Origin: the human T2T-CHM13v2.0 reference genome, Homo sapiens
NCBI RefSeq assembly: GCF_009914755.1
Contig: NC_060931.1
Reading direction: 5' to 3' (one strand)
Length of the DNA: 64,000 bases
Position 1 is the stretch's first letter, and the number at the start of each line of letters is the position of its first letter. Positions 39,700 to 53,419 of this stretch are shown here, piece by piece. The notes below the pieces were generated by a model that saw nothing but the letters and a program-made list of their open reading frames with translations, ran no database searches and had not been told where the DNA came from. A program made the translations under genes and the position numbers.

Positions 39700-41271
39700 A
39701 GCAGGACCCTTTCTGAGGCTGCCAAAATTTATCCAGCAGAATGAGAGGCATCCCTTCTCTTGACCTCTGAGTTAGTGTCAGAGGAGGCCTAGAAGAGAAC
39801 CAGAACTTTCACTACCACCCCAGCCTAATTGTAAGGAGGCCATATCTCCTTCTGTCCCTTTCTCCTCTCTTCCCTGTCCGCTTTGTGTCAGTAGACGCCA
39901 AGTGAGGGCAGTAATGTGAAGTATTCCTACTCTTCCCAGCCAAGGGTGTATCAGCAGAAACCAAGTGGAAGCCTGTACTTCTGTTCCCATCTAGAAGGAA
40001 GGAGATGGCATGACTCCCTCCTTCAGTAGAAGTGTCAGAAGAAGCCAGCTAAAACCAGCTTAAGATTCTCATAGCATAAAGCCCCTGATGATTAAGATGA
40101 TAGAGCTATGGTTATACAGTGGGTGTAGGAAAGAGTATCATTGTCCAAGCAATTCACGTGCAGCATTCCCAGCCTGGGAAAGGCATGGCAAGCAGGGTTT
40201 CAATAACTTTCAGAGATGAAGTCTTCATCCCACCTCAGGGAAGACACTGTGGCCAGCCCCAGGTAGGTACAGCTGAGGATAAGGAACATTTATGCCCAAA
40301 CATCCAGGCATCAGTCTAAAATCACCCATCCTACCAAGAACCAAGAATATCTCAGCTGGAATGGAAAAAGATAGTCAATAGACACCAACACTGAGATGAC
40401 GGTAATGTTTAAATTATTCGACAAGTTAAAGCAGCAGTTATAAGATGCTTCAAGGAGCAATTATGAATATTCTTGAAACAAGTGAAAACAATAGCAAGTC
40501 TTGGCAAAAATAAAAATAGAAAGTCATGATAAAGAAAGTAGAAAATAAAAATGAAAAATAACCATATGAAAATTTTATTACTGAAAAAATGGAATAACTG
40601 AAATTTTCATAAATGTAATGGATGGGTTCAGAAGCAGAATGGAGGGGACAAAATCAAAATAGGAGAGTAGAAATTACCTAATCCTAACAACCACATGAAA
40701 GTGACTGAAAATAAAAAAGAAAAGAAAATGTCGGGCGCAGTGGCTCACGCCTGTAATCCCAGCACTTTGGGAGGCCAAGGCGGGTGGATAATGAGGTCAG
40801 GAGATCAAGACCATCCTGGCCAACATGGTGAAACCCTGTCTTTACTAGACATACAAAAATTAGCCGGGCGTGGTGGTAGGTGCCTGTAATCCCAGCTACT
40901 TGGAAGGCTGAGGCAGGAGAATCGCTTGAACTTGGAGGCTGTAGTGAGCCGAGATCACACCACTGCACTCCAGCCTGGCGACAGAGCGAGACTCTATCTC
41001 AAAAAAGAAGAAAAGAAAAGAAAGAAAAGAAAAGAAGAAAAGAAAAGAAAAGAAAGAAAGGATCTTCAGGGACCTGTGGGAAAATGAAAAATGTCATCAG
41101 AGTCTAGAAGGAGAGGAGAAAAAGGGCAGGGCTGCAAAAATACTCAATGAAGTAATGGTTTCTCAAACGACATAAACTTAAAGATTTGAGGAGCCAAGCA
41201 AACTTCAAATAAGATAAATCCTAAGAAATGCACATCAGGATCCATCATAGACAAACTGCTGAAAACAAAAG
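39700..41271 (+). mobile_element. Ancient L1M 5'/ORF1 region fragment, interrupted by AluSc
   Basis: GTCAATAGACACCAACACTGAGATGAC...AATGGATGGGTTCAGAAGCAGAATGGAGG...[Alu]...CTTCAGGGACCTGTGGGA...GAGTCTAGAAGGAGAGGAGAAA...AAACTGCTGAAAAC is a degenerate L1 ORF1 pattern. Left boundary uncertain. Confidence 0.65.
40729..41059 (+). mobile_element. AluSc with (GAAAA)n tail
   Basis: GAGGTCAGGAGATCAAGACCATCCTGGCCAACATGG and CAGCCTGGCGACAGAGC are Sc diagnostics. Confidence 0.93.
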
Positions 41272-41893
41272 TCTAGTTTGAGACTAGACTAGATTTTAGT
41301 TTTTGTAATGATTGTTTGTTGCTTTTCCTCTGCTATATTCTGGTCATACAAGGTTGAAAGAAAAGGTATGATACTGAATGATAAACCAGGAAATAGTTCT
41401 GCCAGTAAAGTGAAAGGGAACAATGGAGTAGGAATGACAAAAATCACAACAAAGAGAGTAGTGCCTGGAAGCAGAAAGAAGGCTGCAGTGAGGAGTCACA
41501 TACATTGGCAGGTGGTCTCTCTCTCTCTGTCAGGGACTGTGAACCCTCCCATTTGCCATTAATTGCCTTTGCTGCTTAGGTTTGTTTGTGAATTTGGGGT
41601 CTTGGTGAAAACATACATAATTTAACTCCAGTATTTTTCTATTCAGACTTAGGAGCTGATTCAATTATGGTCAGATTCTATGATGAACAATAATTATTGA
41701 AACCAATACCTTAGTGTAAAAAAGAAAAGGAAGGAGGAAAGAAAAGGAAAGAGATAAGAATGTGGAGAACAGCAAGAGGAGAGAGGGAAAAGAGAGGAAT
41801 GGAGAAAGAAATAGAGGGAAGGAAAGAAAGAGGAAAAAATCTGAGAGAGTAAAGATATAGAAAAAAAATTTCCATATAGAGGAACTGAGATAA

Positions 41894-42251
41894 TGTATTA
41901 GTGTGTTCTCACACTGCTGTTAAAGACATACCTGAGACTGGGTAATTTATAAAGAAAAAGAGATTTAATGGACTCACAGTTCCATGTGGCTTGGGAGGCC
42001 TCACAATCATAGCAGAAGGCAAAAGGCACATCTTACATGGCAGCAGACGAGAGAATGAAAAACTAAGTGAAAGGGGAAACCCCTTATAAAATCATCAGAT
42101 CTCATAAGACTTATTCACTGCCACGAGAACAGTATGGGGGAAACAGCCCCCATGATTCAGTTATCTCCAGCTGGGTCCATCCCACAACAAGGAATTATGC
42201 GAGCTACAATTCAAAATGAAATTTGGGTGGGGACACAGCCAAACCATATCA
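41894..42251 (-). mobile_element. THE1B-like solo LTR
   Basis: TGTATTAGT...GGGGACACAGCCAAACCATATCA; TSD GATAA/GATGA (1 mismatch). Confidence 0.94.
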
Positions 42252-42353
42252 GATGACAAATATTTTTATCTTTGAATCCTTAAACATCTATTTTTATGAA
42301 CATTTAATACCCAATCTGAATAGTCAGAAAAAAGCACAAGCCTACTACATATA

Positions 42354-44552
42354 CCAGCATCTCAGAGATATTGTGGGTTTGGTTCCAGGCCACCATAAAC
42401 AAAACAAACAGCACAATAAGGTGAATCACACAATTTTTTTATTTCCCTGTACATATAAAAGTTATGTTTACAAGATACTGTAAGTAAGTGTGCAATAGCA
42501 TTACCTCTAAATATATATATATATATATGTATATATAGTAATTTTAAAATACTTTGTTGCTAGTAAATGCAAAGAATAATCGGAACCTTCAACAAGTCAT
42601 AATGTTTTGGCTGGTGGAGGGATGGTCTTGCCCTGACATGGATGGCTAGCTGATCACTAATCAGATTGGAGTGACTGTGGCAAATAAGATAACAATAAAC
42701 TTTGCTGCATAAATTGACTCTTCATTTCGTGAAAGATTTATCTGTAGTATGTGATGCTGTTTGATAGCATTTTACTCATAGTAGAACTTATTTCAAAATT
42801 GGGGTCAATCCTCTTAAACCCTGCTGCTGCTTTATTAATTAGATTTATGTAATATTCTAAATCTTTTGTTGTCATTTCAACAATGTTCATAGCATCTTCA
42901 TCAAAAGTAGATTCCATCTCAATAAACCACTTTCTTTGCTCATCCATAAGAAGCAACTCCTCACTGTGAAAGTTTGATCATGAGATTGTGGCATTCAGTC
43001 ATACCTTCAGACTCCACTTCTAATTCTTGTCATTAATGAGGATTGGAATCAACTTCTTTCAACCTCCTATTAATGTTGATATTCTGACCTCCTCCCATTA
43101 ATCACAAATGTTCCTAATGGAATCTAGAAAGATTTATCCTTCCCAGAAGTTTTCAATTTACTTTGCCCGGATCCATCAGACGAATCGCTGTTGATGGAGC
43201 TATAGCCTTATCAATGTATTTCTTAAATAATAAGATATGAAAATCACAATTACTCCTTGGTCTGTGTGCTGTGGAATAGATGTTGTGTTAACAGGCATGA
43301 AAACAACATTAATATTCTTGTACATCTCCATCAGAGCTCTTGGGTGAATAGGTGTCTTGTCAATAAGCAGTAATATTTCAAAAGGAATCTTCTTTTTGAG
43401 CATGAGGTCTCAACAGTGGGCTTAAAATATTTGATCCAATTATAGAGCATAGGCAGAGTAGATTGACCATGAATCTTAAGGTCACGAGAATTTTCAGAAT
43501 GGTAAATGAGCACTGGGTCTTCAACTTAAAGTCACCAGCTGCATTATGCCCTAATGAGAGTCTGCTTGTCTTTGACGATTCGAAGCCAGGCATTGACTTC
43601 TCTTCTCTAGCTATGAAAGTCCTAGATGGCATTATTTTTTAAATAGAAGGCTGTTTTGTCTACATTGAAATCTGTTGTTTCATGTAGCCACCTTTATCAG
43701 TGATCTTACTAGATATTCTGGATAACTTGCTGCAGCTTCTTCACCAGCACTTGATGCTTTACCTTGCACTTTTATGTTACAGAGATGGCTTCTTACCTTA
43801 AATCTTATGAATCGACTTCTACTAGCTTCAGACTTTTCCTCTGCAGCTTTCTCAGCTCTGTCAGCCTTCATAGAATTGAAAAGAGGGGCTTTCTGTGGAT
43901 TATTAGCCTTTGGATTAAGGGAACGATTTGGCTGATTTGATCTTCTATCCAGACCATTAAAACTTTCTCCATGTCAGCAATAAGGTTATTTCACTGTTAG
44001 GCAAAAAAGGCCTAGTTTTTGGTCTGTCTCAGCTTTCAAGGTACTTTCCTCACTAAGCTTAATCATTTCTAGTTTTTGATTCAAAGTGAGAGAAGTGTGA
44101 CTCTTCCTTTCACTTGAGCACTTAGAGGCTGTTGTAGGGTTATTAGTTGGCCTAATTTCAATATTGTTGCATCTCAGAGAATAAGAAGTCCTGAGGAGAA
44201 GGAGAGATGAGGGAATGACTGATCAGTGGAGCAGTCAGACCCACACAACATTTATCCATTAATTTTGCTATTTTATATGGGTGCAGTTTGGGCACCCCAA
44301 AGCAATTACAATGGTAACATCAAAGATCACTGGTCACAGATTACCGTAACAGATATAATATTAATGGAAAAGTTTAAAATATGGTGAGAATAACCAACAT
44401 GTAATACACAGACCTGACACAAATGCAGGCTGTTGGAAAAATGACACTGTTAGACTTGCTGGAGGCAGGGTTGTCATAAACCTTCAATTTGTGAAATACG
44501 CAGTATCTGTGAAGTGCAATCAAACTAAGCTCAATAAAATGAGGTGTGCCCA
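42354..44552 (-). mobile_element. Near-full-length Tigger1 (pogo/TcMar) DNA transposon, transposase disrupted
   Basis: ORF fragments [36 protein letters not shown]...[10 protein letters not shown] and [15 protein letters not shown]; ends CCAGCATCTCAGAGATATTGTGGG and AATAAAATGAGGTGTGCC, each next to TA. Confidence 0.93.
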
Positions 44553-46137
44553 TAGATCATTTCATAAAGATTTCTGAGTGAATACTGTGGCTAAACTTAC
44601 ATAGAGGAAACAGTCTTGGCTTTGACTTCCATCTGACCTACTATCCAGCTGCCAGAGAGAAACTAGATACTATTATACAGACATTGACGATTACAGAGGT
44701 TAAGGAGGTATGCGTTACTTAGTCTACCAAGAGTCTTTCACATCTACAAGGAGAGATTATGCCGTGTTGCTAATTTTGAAGTCTTTCCCCAAAGAAAATG
44801 AAGCTAATATGAAATAAACTGAGAAAATACTTAGAATTTTCGTAGAGTTAACAGACATGTTCTATTCTGTAATGGTGGGACCCTGACAAAAACATTTTAG
44901 AGGCGTGGGAAGGTTGAGGAAGAGTTCACTGTATGTCTAATCATTGCCTAATTTGAATCTAGAAGCACACGGAGGCAAGGATAACATGACAAGCAGCTGA
45001 AGGACAGGAGGCCAAGTGCATGTGGTGCCAAACACACCTTCACTTACAAAGGATCTTCCCTCTAGGAATGGAAAGAAGCGGTATGATGTACCATGTACAA
45101 ACTCCATGGAATGAGGTCAGAAAGGGTGGATGCTCTATTGGAGACTGTCCTCAGAAAACATGCTTCTTCCTGGAAAGCTGACATTTCCTCCCAGCTTTCA
45201 GCAGGAGAATAAAAAGAGGCAAGCATTTTCAGGAGTGTTGGGATGGAGGATTGTGGAGGGGTTAGAAAAATCGGGGTAGGATGGGTGCAAAAGGCAGTTC
45301 TAGAGGGTGAAAATAACTGCAGCCTGCGTGGGAGAAAGAGAGGGCTGAGAGCTTGATTTTGGGAGAAGTGAGAGAAAGACTGCTAGCTAGTCAAGAAAGT
45401 GTTAAGACTATGCTGGGATAAGGAGTTTGGGCTTGATCTAATAAGTACTGAGATTGCTAGTAGGAGGAAATAGATAACATATGTGAGAGCACTTAGTAAG
45501 TGGAAAGACTGTATGCTAATGTGAGGCATTACGACAGTTATTCTCATCCACTGCAGGTTCCTGGGCAGGGGAGTAACATGATAAAAGCTCCGCTTTAGGA
45601 GAGTAGTGTGGAAATAATGTGCAGAAAGGCCTGTAGAGGAGAGAGAGGGAGAGGCAAGGGGATCCGCAGGCCTCTGCTGACACCAGCAGAACTGAGACTT
45701 TCAAAGTATTCCTTGAAAAGTGAATGTCCTCCTCTGTCTCCTTTCCCTCCCCACCATGCCCTGAGGAAAGCCTCCTTTTTGCCTGAATGCAATTAGATCC
45801 TGTTTCCGTTTTTTAGGTAAAGACAAGAGTGGTAAAGGGTGAGGAATTTTACAAGTGCTGGCCATAGTAGCTGTCTATCTGTGCTGCTGCTTCTGTATTT
45901 GGCTGAGCGCATCTATCTCTTCCTCCTTCTCTTCTCATTCAGGAGAGATGGGTGTCACAGTGGTAACACAGATCTGTTTGTCGTTCTACAAAGAGAAACT
46001 GAATTAGAGCAGAAGCTGGACCTCTGATTCTCACTTACTCATGGCTTGGGGGATCCTAGATACACACCTTATACTACTAATCCAATATAAGGTGAACTCA
46101 GCATCTCGTTTCTGCTTCTTCCAAAATTAAGCTTCTA

Positions 46138-46436
46138 GGCTGAGTGTGGTGGCTCGCGCCTGTAATCCCAGCACTTTGGGGGGCCGAAGTAGGTGGATCA
46201 CTGGGGGTCAGGTGTTCGAGACTAGCCTGGCCAACATGGTGAAACCCCGTCTCTACTAAAAACACAAAAGTTAGCAGAGCGTGGTGGCAGGTGCCCGTAG
46301 TCCCAGCTACTCAGGAGGCTGAGGCAAGAGAATCACTTGAACCCGGGAAGCGGAGGTTGCAGTGAGCTGAGATCATGCCACTGCTCTCCACCCTGGGCTA
46401 CAGAGCAAGACTCCGTCTCAAAAAAAAAAAAAAAAA
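46138..46436 (+). mobile_element. AluSx-type, full length
   Basis: Dimeric Alu with long poly-A; TSD AAAA(T/G)TAAGCTTCTA at 46123-46137 / 46437-46451. Confidence 0.95.
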
Positions 46437-47190
46437 AAAAGTAAGCTTCTAAACCAAACCCCTTGTGGGCCTTGTAACCAATTTTAATACCTCGTTAACA
46501 ACAACAAAAACGTAATGAAAAAAACCCATGCATTTTTAAACAAGATAAGTCCTTAGGGATGGAAAAAGACCTTAAGACCTAATGTATATAGAAAGGAGGA
46601 AACATTGCATAGAATAAAGGGTCAAGATGGATAATACAAAACTTCAATTCAGAGAGAAAAATGAGTGTCCTACAGGTTGAGTGATGGATTGCTGGTAACA
46701 AAATTAGAAATCAATATGCTGTATAGAAATTAGTCAGTGTAAGACCAATAGCAAAATACAGTAATCATTTTTAGAGATGAGATTGAGAATAAAAACAGAA
46801 GTATTTGGATCAAAGTGGAAGTCACCACACATTTGTCAAGGGAAAAAAAGCAAAGACTGTCAAAATATCATAGTCTTTTCTTTTTCCTTCTTTCTGGGAA
46901 AGTTTAAATAAACAAAAAGCCCCCAAGCAGTCAACCCTTATAAGTGTGTCAGAAGAAGAACCACACTAACAGTAACATCTGCTGGTAAGCAATAGTATTT
47001 GCACACATCATTTGCTATTTACGTCATTGCAATAGGCATCTTTTTGTAGGCTGTCTTGGAACGCTAGTCTGATTATCAGCATGTGCTCACCATGCTTACT
47101 GTGAAGCTAGGAAGAGTGGCTGATGAGGTCTGAGCCTTTTAATATAGAGTCTTTCCAAATACGTGCATGTGAGCGAATGCGCACGCGCAC

Positions 47191-47191
<1 letters not shown>

Positions 47192-47230
<39 letters not shown>
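47192..47230. repeat. Perfect (CA)~19 microsatellite
   Basis: Uninterrupted AC run, preceded by GCGCACGCGCAC. Confidence 0.97.
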
Positions 47231-47231
<1 letters not shown>

Positions 47232-50211
47232 CCAACTACTCACCCTGTCTTTACTCAAGGAAAGTATGTAAAAGACATTAGCTTCTAGACTTTCTTACTT
47301 CATAATGCTCCACAGTGAAGTGCTTTATAACTTACCATCATTATGTTTATTTATGAAATAGCAAAAATGAGTAAGAAACCCTGAGATTCTTTACTGTAAC
47401 CATGGTGATGTTGTAGGGCTAGGGAATTGTGCACTTCTGTTATAGAAAGCAAGAGAGTGTGCTCAAGATCACAAGGAAGGCAAAGATAAAGGGAAATAAT
47501 GAATCGCCTTATAGTGAAAGAAAAGACGAATGCTGGAGCATAAAACATGCATGTGCTTCAGATCACATCTTATCATTTATAGATCTTAAGAGGGAGCAGT
47601 TGTTTTGTTCTGATAGTGCTCTTGTTCTTTCTGTCCTGGATTCAGGATGGAGTGGTTTAGGTAGACAAAATGATGAGCCTAGGGCTTATGGATAAGGCTT
47701 TGTTGTACATGAAGCTCAATCTGTGTTATCCTGGATGGAAGAATCCTCTAAAAGGAAATAAATATATCCAGCTTGAGGTCATACTGGCCCTCTTGATTAT
47801 TTATGTATGTGATAGGAGTAATTTGAATGTAAAGATAGGGCTTAATATATACAAGTGTCATAATTGTATGTATATAATCGTACATATTATTTTTTCTTCA
47901 TACCCATACTAATAGTCTGTACCCATACTAATGTGTGTGAAGAAAAAGGATTAATAATGTGTAATGGTCTTCTGACTCACTTGGGTAGTCTATTGACATT
48001 TAGGGATGTAGATGAGGACCAATAGGTAAGAGAAAAACAGAAACTGTATAGGAGGTGATGAACCTATGTAGGGTGGTATGGTAGAGGTAATAAGTCTTCA
48101 GGGGAACCAGTGACTGTATTACTTGACAAAGTCAAGCTGGTTTTTCTGAAAAAGGAAGTATGGGAAGTAGACGTGGAATTTCCCCAGTAGAGATAAAAAC
48201 ATTGGGAATGATGTTAAAAAAAAAAAAAAAAGACAGAGAGATGTTGGGTAAAATATAGTGAAGGTGGAACAGCATTGGGTCTACAGAGAGAAGATCAGCA
48301 TGAAAGCTGGTGAAGTGTTCCATGCCTGCTGTGACAACACAGCTTACTACAAATGAAAGGTCTTGCATTCAAGTCCACTCTGTAGCCTGAAATATAAAGA
48401 AAGGAATGCTATCCTGCCACATACTTTCTAATAAAGTATTTGGGGGCCTTCCTAGCTCAACTTATGTGCTTTTGTTGTAATTAGATTCGAATATGTAGTT
48501 TGAGGAATGTGCATGTTTTCCAACATTTTTAGGGTTTTTATTTTATATCCTGAAAATGGTTATGTTTTATAATAGTTCTCTTTTTTCCCCCAACAGATTC
48601 ACTAACAAAATGGACACATTAACTTTACACTATGTTACAGTTACGGATTATATTTTAATATCAGACAGCTGTTTTTGTATCATGTATAGTTCCAAAGAGG
48701 GCAGTAGGAAATAATGCAAATGGCTCTGTTAGCCAGTCCCCAAATGCTGTAAAGGCGCTCAGAGCACAAGGCCTTTTGTGGATGTGTGTGAGTCAGTGAT
48801 ATCATTTCTAAACATTAAAGATAAATTGAATTTAAGGATAATGAAAACCTTGCATTTTTAGTTATGGTAACGCCTCACTTTTTTAGAGACCTCTATTTAC
48901 AACTTCAAATGTTTAGAATACAGTCAATTAACCTGTAGTGAGCAAGACAAGACATCACCAGACCTCTGGGATGTTATTAAAGTAATTTAAGTTCACTTAA
49001 TTTTGGTGAGAGCATACATTTATATAACTGCTGAAAAAAGAATTTGGCTGCACGTATCTAGAACCTAAATTTTTTATAATCTTAGAATTTGAATTCACAA
49101 CTACAAACCCATGTTGAAGTTTTCATTGGAATAAGATGCTTTTCATAGAATTATAGATCAAAATGGAAATAAAATACCAACATTATGTGAAACAAACAGA
49201 AAATGTTCAACAAACCATGACATAGTCACATTAGGAAGTTTATGCAGAAATAAAAGTTGTCTTTGAAAATAATTTATTGACAGGGAAAAATATTCCAATT
49301 TAAATGATAAGTGAAAAAAAGCAGGATACAAGCTGTGGCATTAAAAATAATATTAATAATAATGATAATCATTCTAATAGTAATAATATTAAAATGTATA
49401 TAATATAAAACATACTAAAATGTGGAATTATTTCTGGCAGCTGAGATTAAGGTTCATGTATTCTGCATATTTAAACTCATGTACATTTTATAATTTTAAA
49501 AATAATGAACATATGCTAATTTTACAGTCAGAAAAAAAGACAGAGAACAAACAAATAACTTTTATAAAATGCAAGCTCATATACTTTACTTTTGAATGAT
49601 CTCTCATAGCCAGCAAATTCTTATTTTAAACATTTAATGATTGGATTTCAAGCTAACAGCAAATTGGTAGCAGAAACTTAAAAGGAGGGATGATGAGGAA
49701 CTACTATAAAGAGACACAGTGACAAAAATATGAAAAGTAAACGACAACTTGCCACCCATGAGAGAAACGGGAATATTATGGGAAAACGTGCAAGTCCTCT
49801 AAAATCATAGCACACTGAGGCCATTTTAAATAAAGACTAATGAGCTACCAATCCCAGCAGCCTTTCAGAAAATCAATAAAATGTGAGAGAAAAGGTCTTT
49901 GCTGAAAATTAAAGTAACTTCATTTTAGTTCCTGCTCCTGACATTTCCTAGCGTGTGATTTTGAAGAAGTTTATGGAATATCTTTAAGACTCAGAATTCT
50001 CAGCTTCTAAATGGAAAAAAAGCACGTAATTTTTATTAGTTTGCACATCTTTTTCACAATCCACTGAGGTCATGTAAAAGTGTTTCAATAATCCCTTTTG
50101 CACATTTGGGATGCTAATAGTATGTGGTATATTAACTAATGCTAATAAGTCCAAATCAATAAACATTAAAAATTTTTTTTATGTGTAGTCTAATAGAAAT
50201 AGGTATACCAC

Positions 50212-50316
50212 GCTTTAGAAATATACACACACACATATGTGTATAATCTTATACATATATATGTATAAGATATATATATGTGTGTGTATATATATGTGTG
50301 TGTGTATTTCTAAAGC

Positions 50317-50345
<29 letters not shown>
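50212..50345. repeat. Imperfect long inverted repeat with (TA)n/(CA)n tracts
   Basis: Outer arms GCTTTAGAAATA / TATTTCTAAAGC; central perfect 26-bp palindrome at 50246-50271. Confidence 0.9.
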
Positions 50346-50347
<2 letters not shown>

Positions 50348-50409
50348 TGCAAATAGATTACAATGAATATATTTTGTCTATCTCTGGAACGTCTCTTGTT
50401 TTGGGAGAT

Positions 50410-50590
50410 ATTGTGGCGTGATGGAATGACTTGGGGTTTGGGGCCAGGCAGATTTGGCTCAGGTCCTGGGCTATTTTATCACTTAGCTAAATGGCCTTAG
50501 GTAGGTTTATTCTCTCTGAGTTTTAATGTCTTCATCTGAAATGTGCTGAACTCATGTAGATTAGTAGTCACTGCTCAGTATCTAGTAATT
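50410..50590 (+). mobile_element. MIR SINE
   Basis: GGCCAGGCAGATTTGGCTCAGGTCCTGG...CACTTAGCTAAATGGCCTTAGGTAGG...TCTTCATCTGAAATG. Confidence 0.65.
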
Positions 50591-51650
50591 ATTTCATTTT
50601 TTAAAGTAGAAAGAGTCGGTCATCTTGTAAAAATTATTAGGTGGCACGGTTTGATCTCAGAGAATTTTGGATAATAAGGTGCATCTGCATTTCAAAATTC
50701 TACAGGATCAACCTGAGGATGTATTACCTGTCATTTCAGGTAATAAAATATTACCTCATTTACCAGACAATAACTAGATAATGCCTCTACCTCTGAGTGC
50801 ACAGTGGTAATAACTGCTCTGGGAAAAACCTTGTCATTGAGGAGATTGAAACTATTGGTTAGATTATATTTTAGACTATTTGTAAATTACAATTATTCAT
50901 TCATAATTAGGTGCCAATAAGAGATGTTAGTGGCTTTATTATCATGGCTTTAAAAAATACTTCATCTTCAAGTTGGAGAAGAGAACCAGGAGTAGTCAAG
51001 AAAATCTGAATAGTCATACTCCTCATTAAAATTGAGCACAGAAACTATCTTATAAACTTAATAGAACTAATACTGCCTGTTTGGCATGCAGATTTTCTTG
51101 AATTTTAATAATATAAAAATATTGCTTAGAATCAATGTATTCTAAAGTTATGAATATCTGTGGAAGACATATTTCATGATGATGCAAATTCTAAGCTGGT
51201 GAAACACAGTATAAAAGGGAAATAGACTGGGAATAAAAACATCTGCTTCTGTTAAGTTACACAGATGGTTCTCCAGGAAATCTCTTTTTTGAGATTGATT
51301 TGAACCAGTTCTCCCAGCATAGTACGTGTGTGATGGGTCAATATTTTCTTCTTTTTTTTTCTGCTTTCTTTTGGGGACAATAAGTCTGCTTTAGGATTCT
51401 GGAGTTGGAAAAGCCACCTTGCAAAAAATCTAAATGCGATTTTCTATTCTCTTATTTAACCATTGATTTTTGTTTTCAAAGTCATATTAGTTGTGGATAT
51501 CACAGAACAATCTTCCACATAGTAGAATTCTTCACTTTGAACTCAGGGAAATGCTGGGTTTAAATGTATACTTGGCTTGAGGATTTTGAGCTTCCCCAGA
51601 AGCCACTGCAGTCTCTCCAGTCTTCAGGTGTGCCTCTCCACATTGCCATC

Positions 51651-52143
51651 TGTGGCATACAGCCTTGAAGTTGGCCCCCAATGACCCCCTCTTACTGGTA
51701 ATCATGCCCTTGTATTATACCCTCCTTTTGAGTAGGCGCTGGACCTAGCAGCTTACTTAAAAACAAATAGGGTAGTGGCAGAAGTGACGGTATGTCACTG
51801 ACAAGATTGGGTTATTAAAAACTGTGCTTCCATCTTGGTATTATTCACTCTGAGGAAGCCAGATGGCATGTTGTGAGAATGTTTAGGAAGCCTGTGGATA
51901 GACCTCTGTGGCCCAAACGTCAATGGGGAAATGAATTCTACAAAAAACTATGTGAATGACATTAGAAACTGTCCTCCTGCCCTGATTGAGCCTTGAGGAG
52001 ACTGCAGACAGCTTGACTGCAGCTTCATGAGAGACTCAGAGCTAGGCCTGCCCATCAAAACCATATGCATGCTCATGACCTTTGGAAACAGTGTAAGATG
52101 ATAAATGTTTGTTGTTTTAAAATGCTAAGTTTTGGGGTATTTT
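51651..52143 (+). mobile_element. MLT1F-like MaLR LTR, followed by a MIR fragment to ~52260
   Basis: TGTGGCATACAGCC...GGCCCCCAATGACCCC...GGAAGCCAGATGGCATGTTGTGAG...ATAAATGTTTGTTGTTTTAAAATGCTAAGTTTTGGGGT. Confidence 0.85.
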
Positions 52144-53419
52144 ACTATTGTCCTCCATTATTTCTTTATTAAAACGGGAATAATAATAGCTCCTGCAAGG
52201 GGGTGTTATGAGGATTAAAATATGATAATGTATATAGACTGCTTCTTTGCAAAGCACTTTTCAAATTGCATTGTTGGTTAAAAATTTTAGTCCGGTAAAT
52301 GGTTTATCTGTTTTCAGAATAAAATCAATTTGAAAAATAAGCTATTCAAATTTTGGTTATGATGAAGAACAATTTTGAGAGCTATTTAAATTAGAATTTT
52401 ATATACAACAGAGCCTCATATGGGAAAATTATTCATATATATATACAGTATTGCTAAATATGGATATATTAGTTCTACACACAGGGATATGTTTTTAAGA
52501 AAACGTAGTTATAAAATAACAGGTAAGAGAAATCTGATTAATTTAGATTGTTGTTAACAACAAACTCCAGCTAAACCAGAGAAAGAATCATATGAACCCC
52601 AGATGTTCTTTCAGCTGGTGAAAAAAAGAAAGACAAGCAGAGTGTACTTTATTTGGACTTACCTGGAGTCATACTTGACCTCCTGACCTCACAGCATTGT
52701 TGTGAGGGACTAATGAGATAATGCGAATAGTCAATGGTCAAACTAAATATCAATTCATTTAATAGAGGAATTAATAACAGTTTATTGAAAGTCTTCTCAT
52801 TTCTACTTTGGTTATGTTGAGTTGCACCATAGTTAAGATGAGAGGCTTTATAAAGGATGATAATGATGGTGATTATAATGGATTTCTTAAGGTTTGAGAT
52901 GGGGCAGGAAGCCAGAAAAATCTGCTTTCAATGAAGTAGGATGTTTTCCATTCCTAAGGACCTGGAGATAATGTCACACATTCCCAATGACTGAAGGTGC
53001 TGTTCAGAAAAAACACTTGACAGACACTTGTGAGTGAAAATGGAGAGCCTCAGTAGTTGGACATGTGAGGTTATGCCATGGAGAGTCAATGAAATGGGAC
53101 AGGATCATCAATCAGTGTCGTGTTTAGGTTTTATCTCATAGGTGACTTAGAACAGTATCAAATCTATAGCAACCTCTAAATATGCCCTTAGAAATAAAAA
53201 AAAATTAGCATTAAAGAATTTTTGATAACAAGGCTGGAAATTTTTGCCACCAGTCATGCTGTCAACAGGGTGAATGGACACCAAGTAGAGTTTATTTATA
53301 CTGAACAATGATACATATACATATATATGTACATATGTACATGTATGTACATATATATGTTACTCCTAGTTCAAGAGGAGATATTCTAGTATAGATGTAT
53401 AGATGAAAATAATTTAGGG

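Noticed and set aside
40684-41107. Alu-derived ORFs (also 9409-9633, 56102-56563, 60858-61260)
   Set aside because: Typical Alu translations such as [11 protein letters not shown] and [11 protein letters not shown]; artefacts.
42738-43871. TIGD1-like transposase ORFs
   Set aside because: Short fragments in different frames within a Tigger1 fossil; not the domesticated gene.
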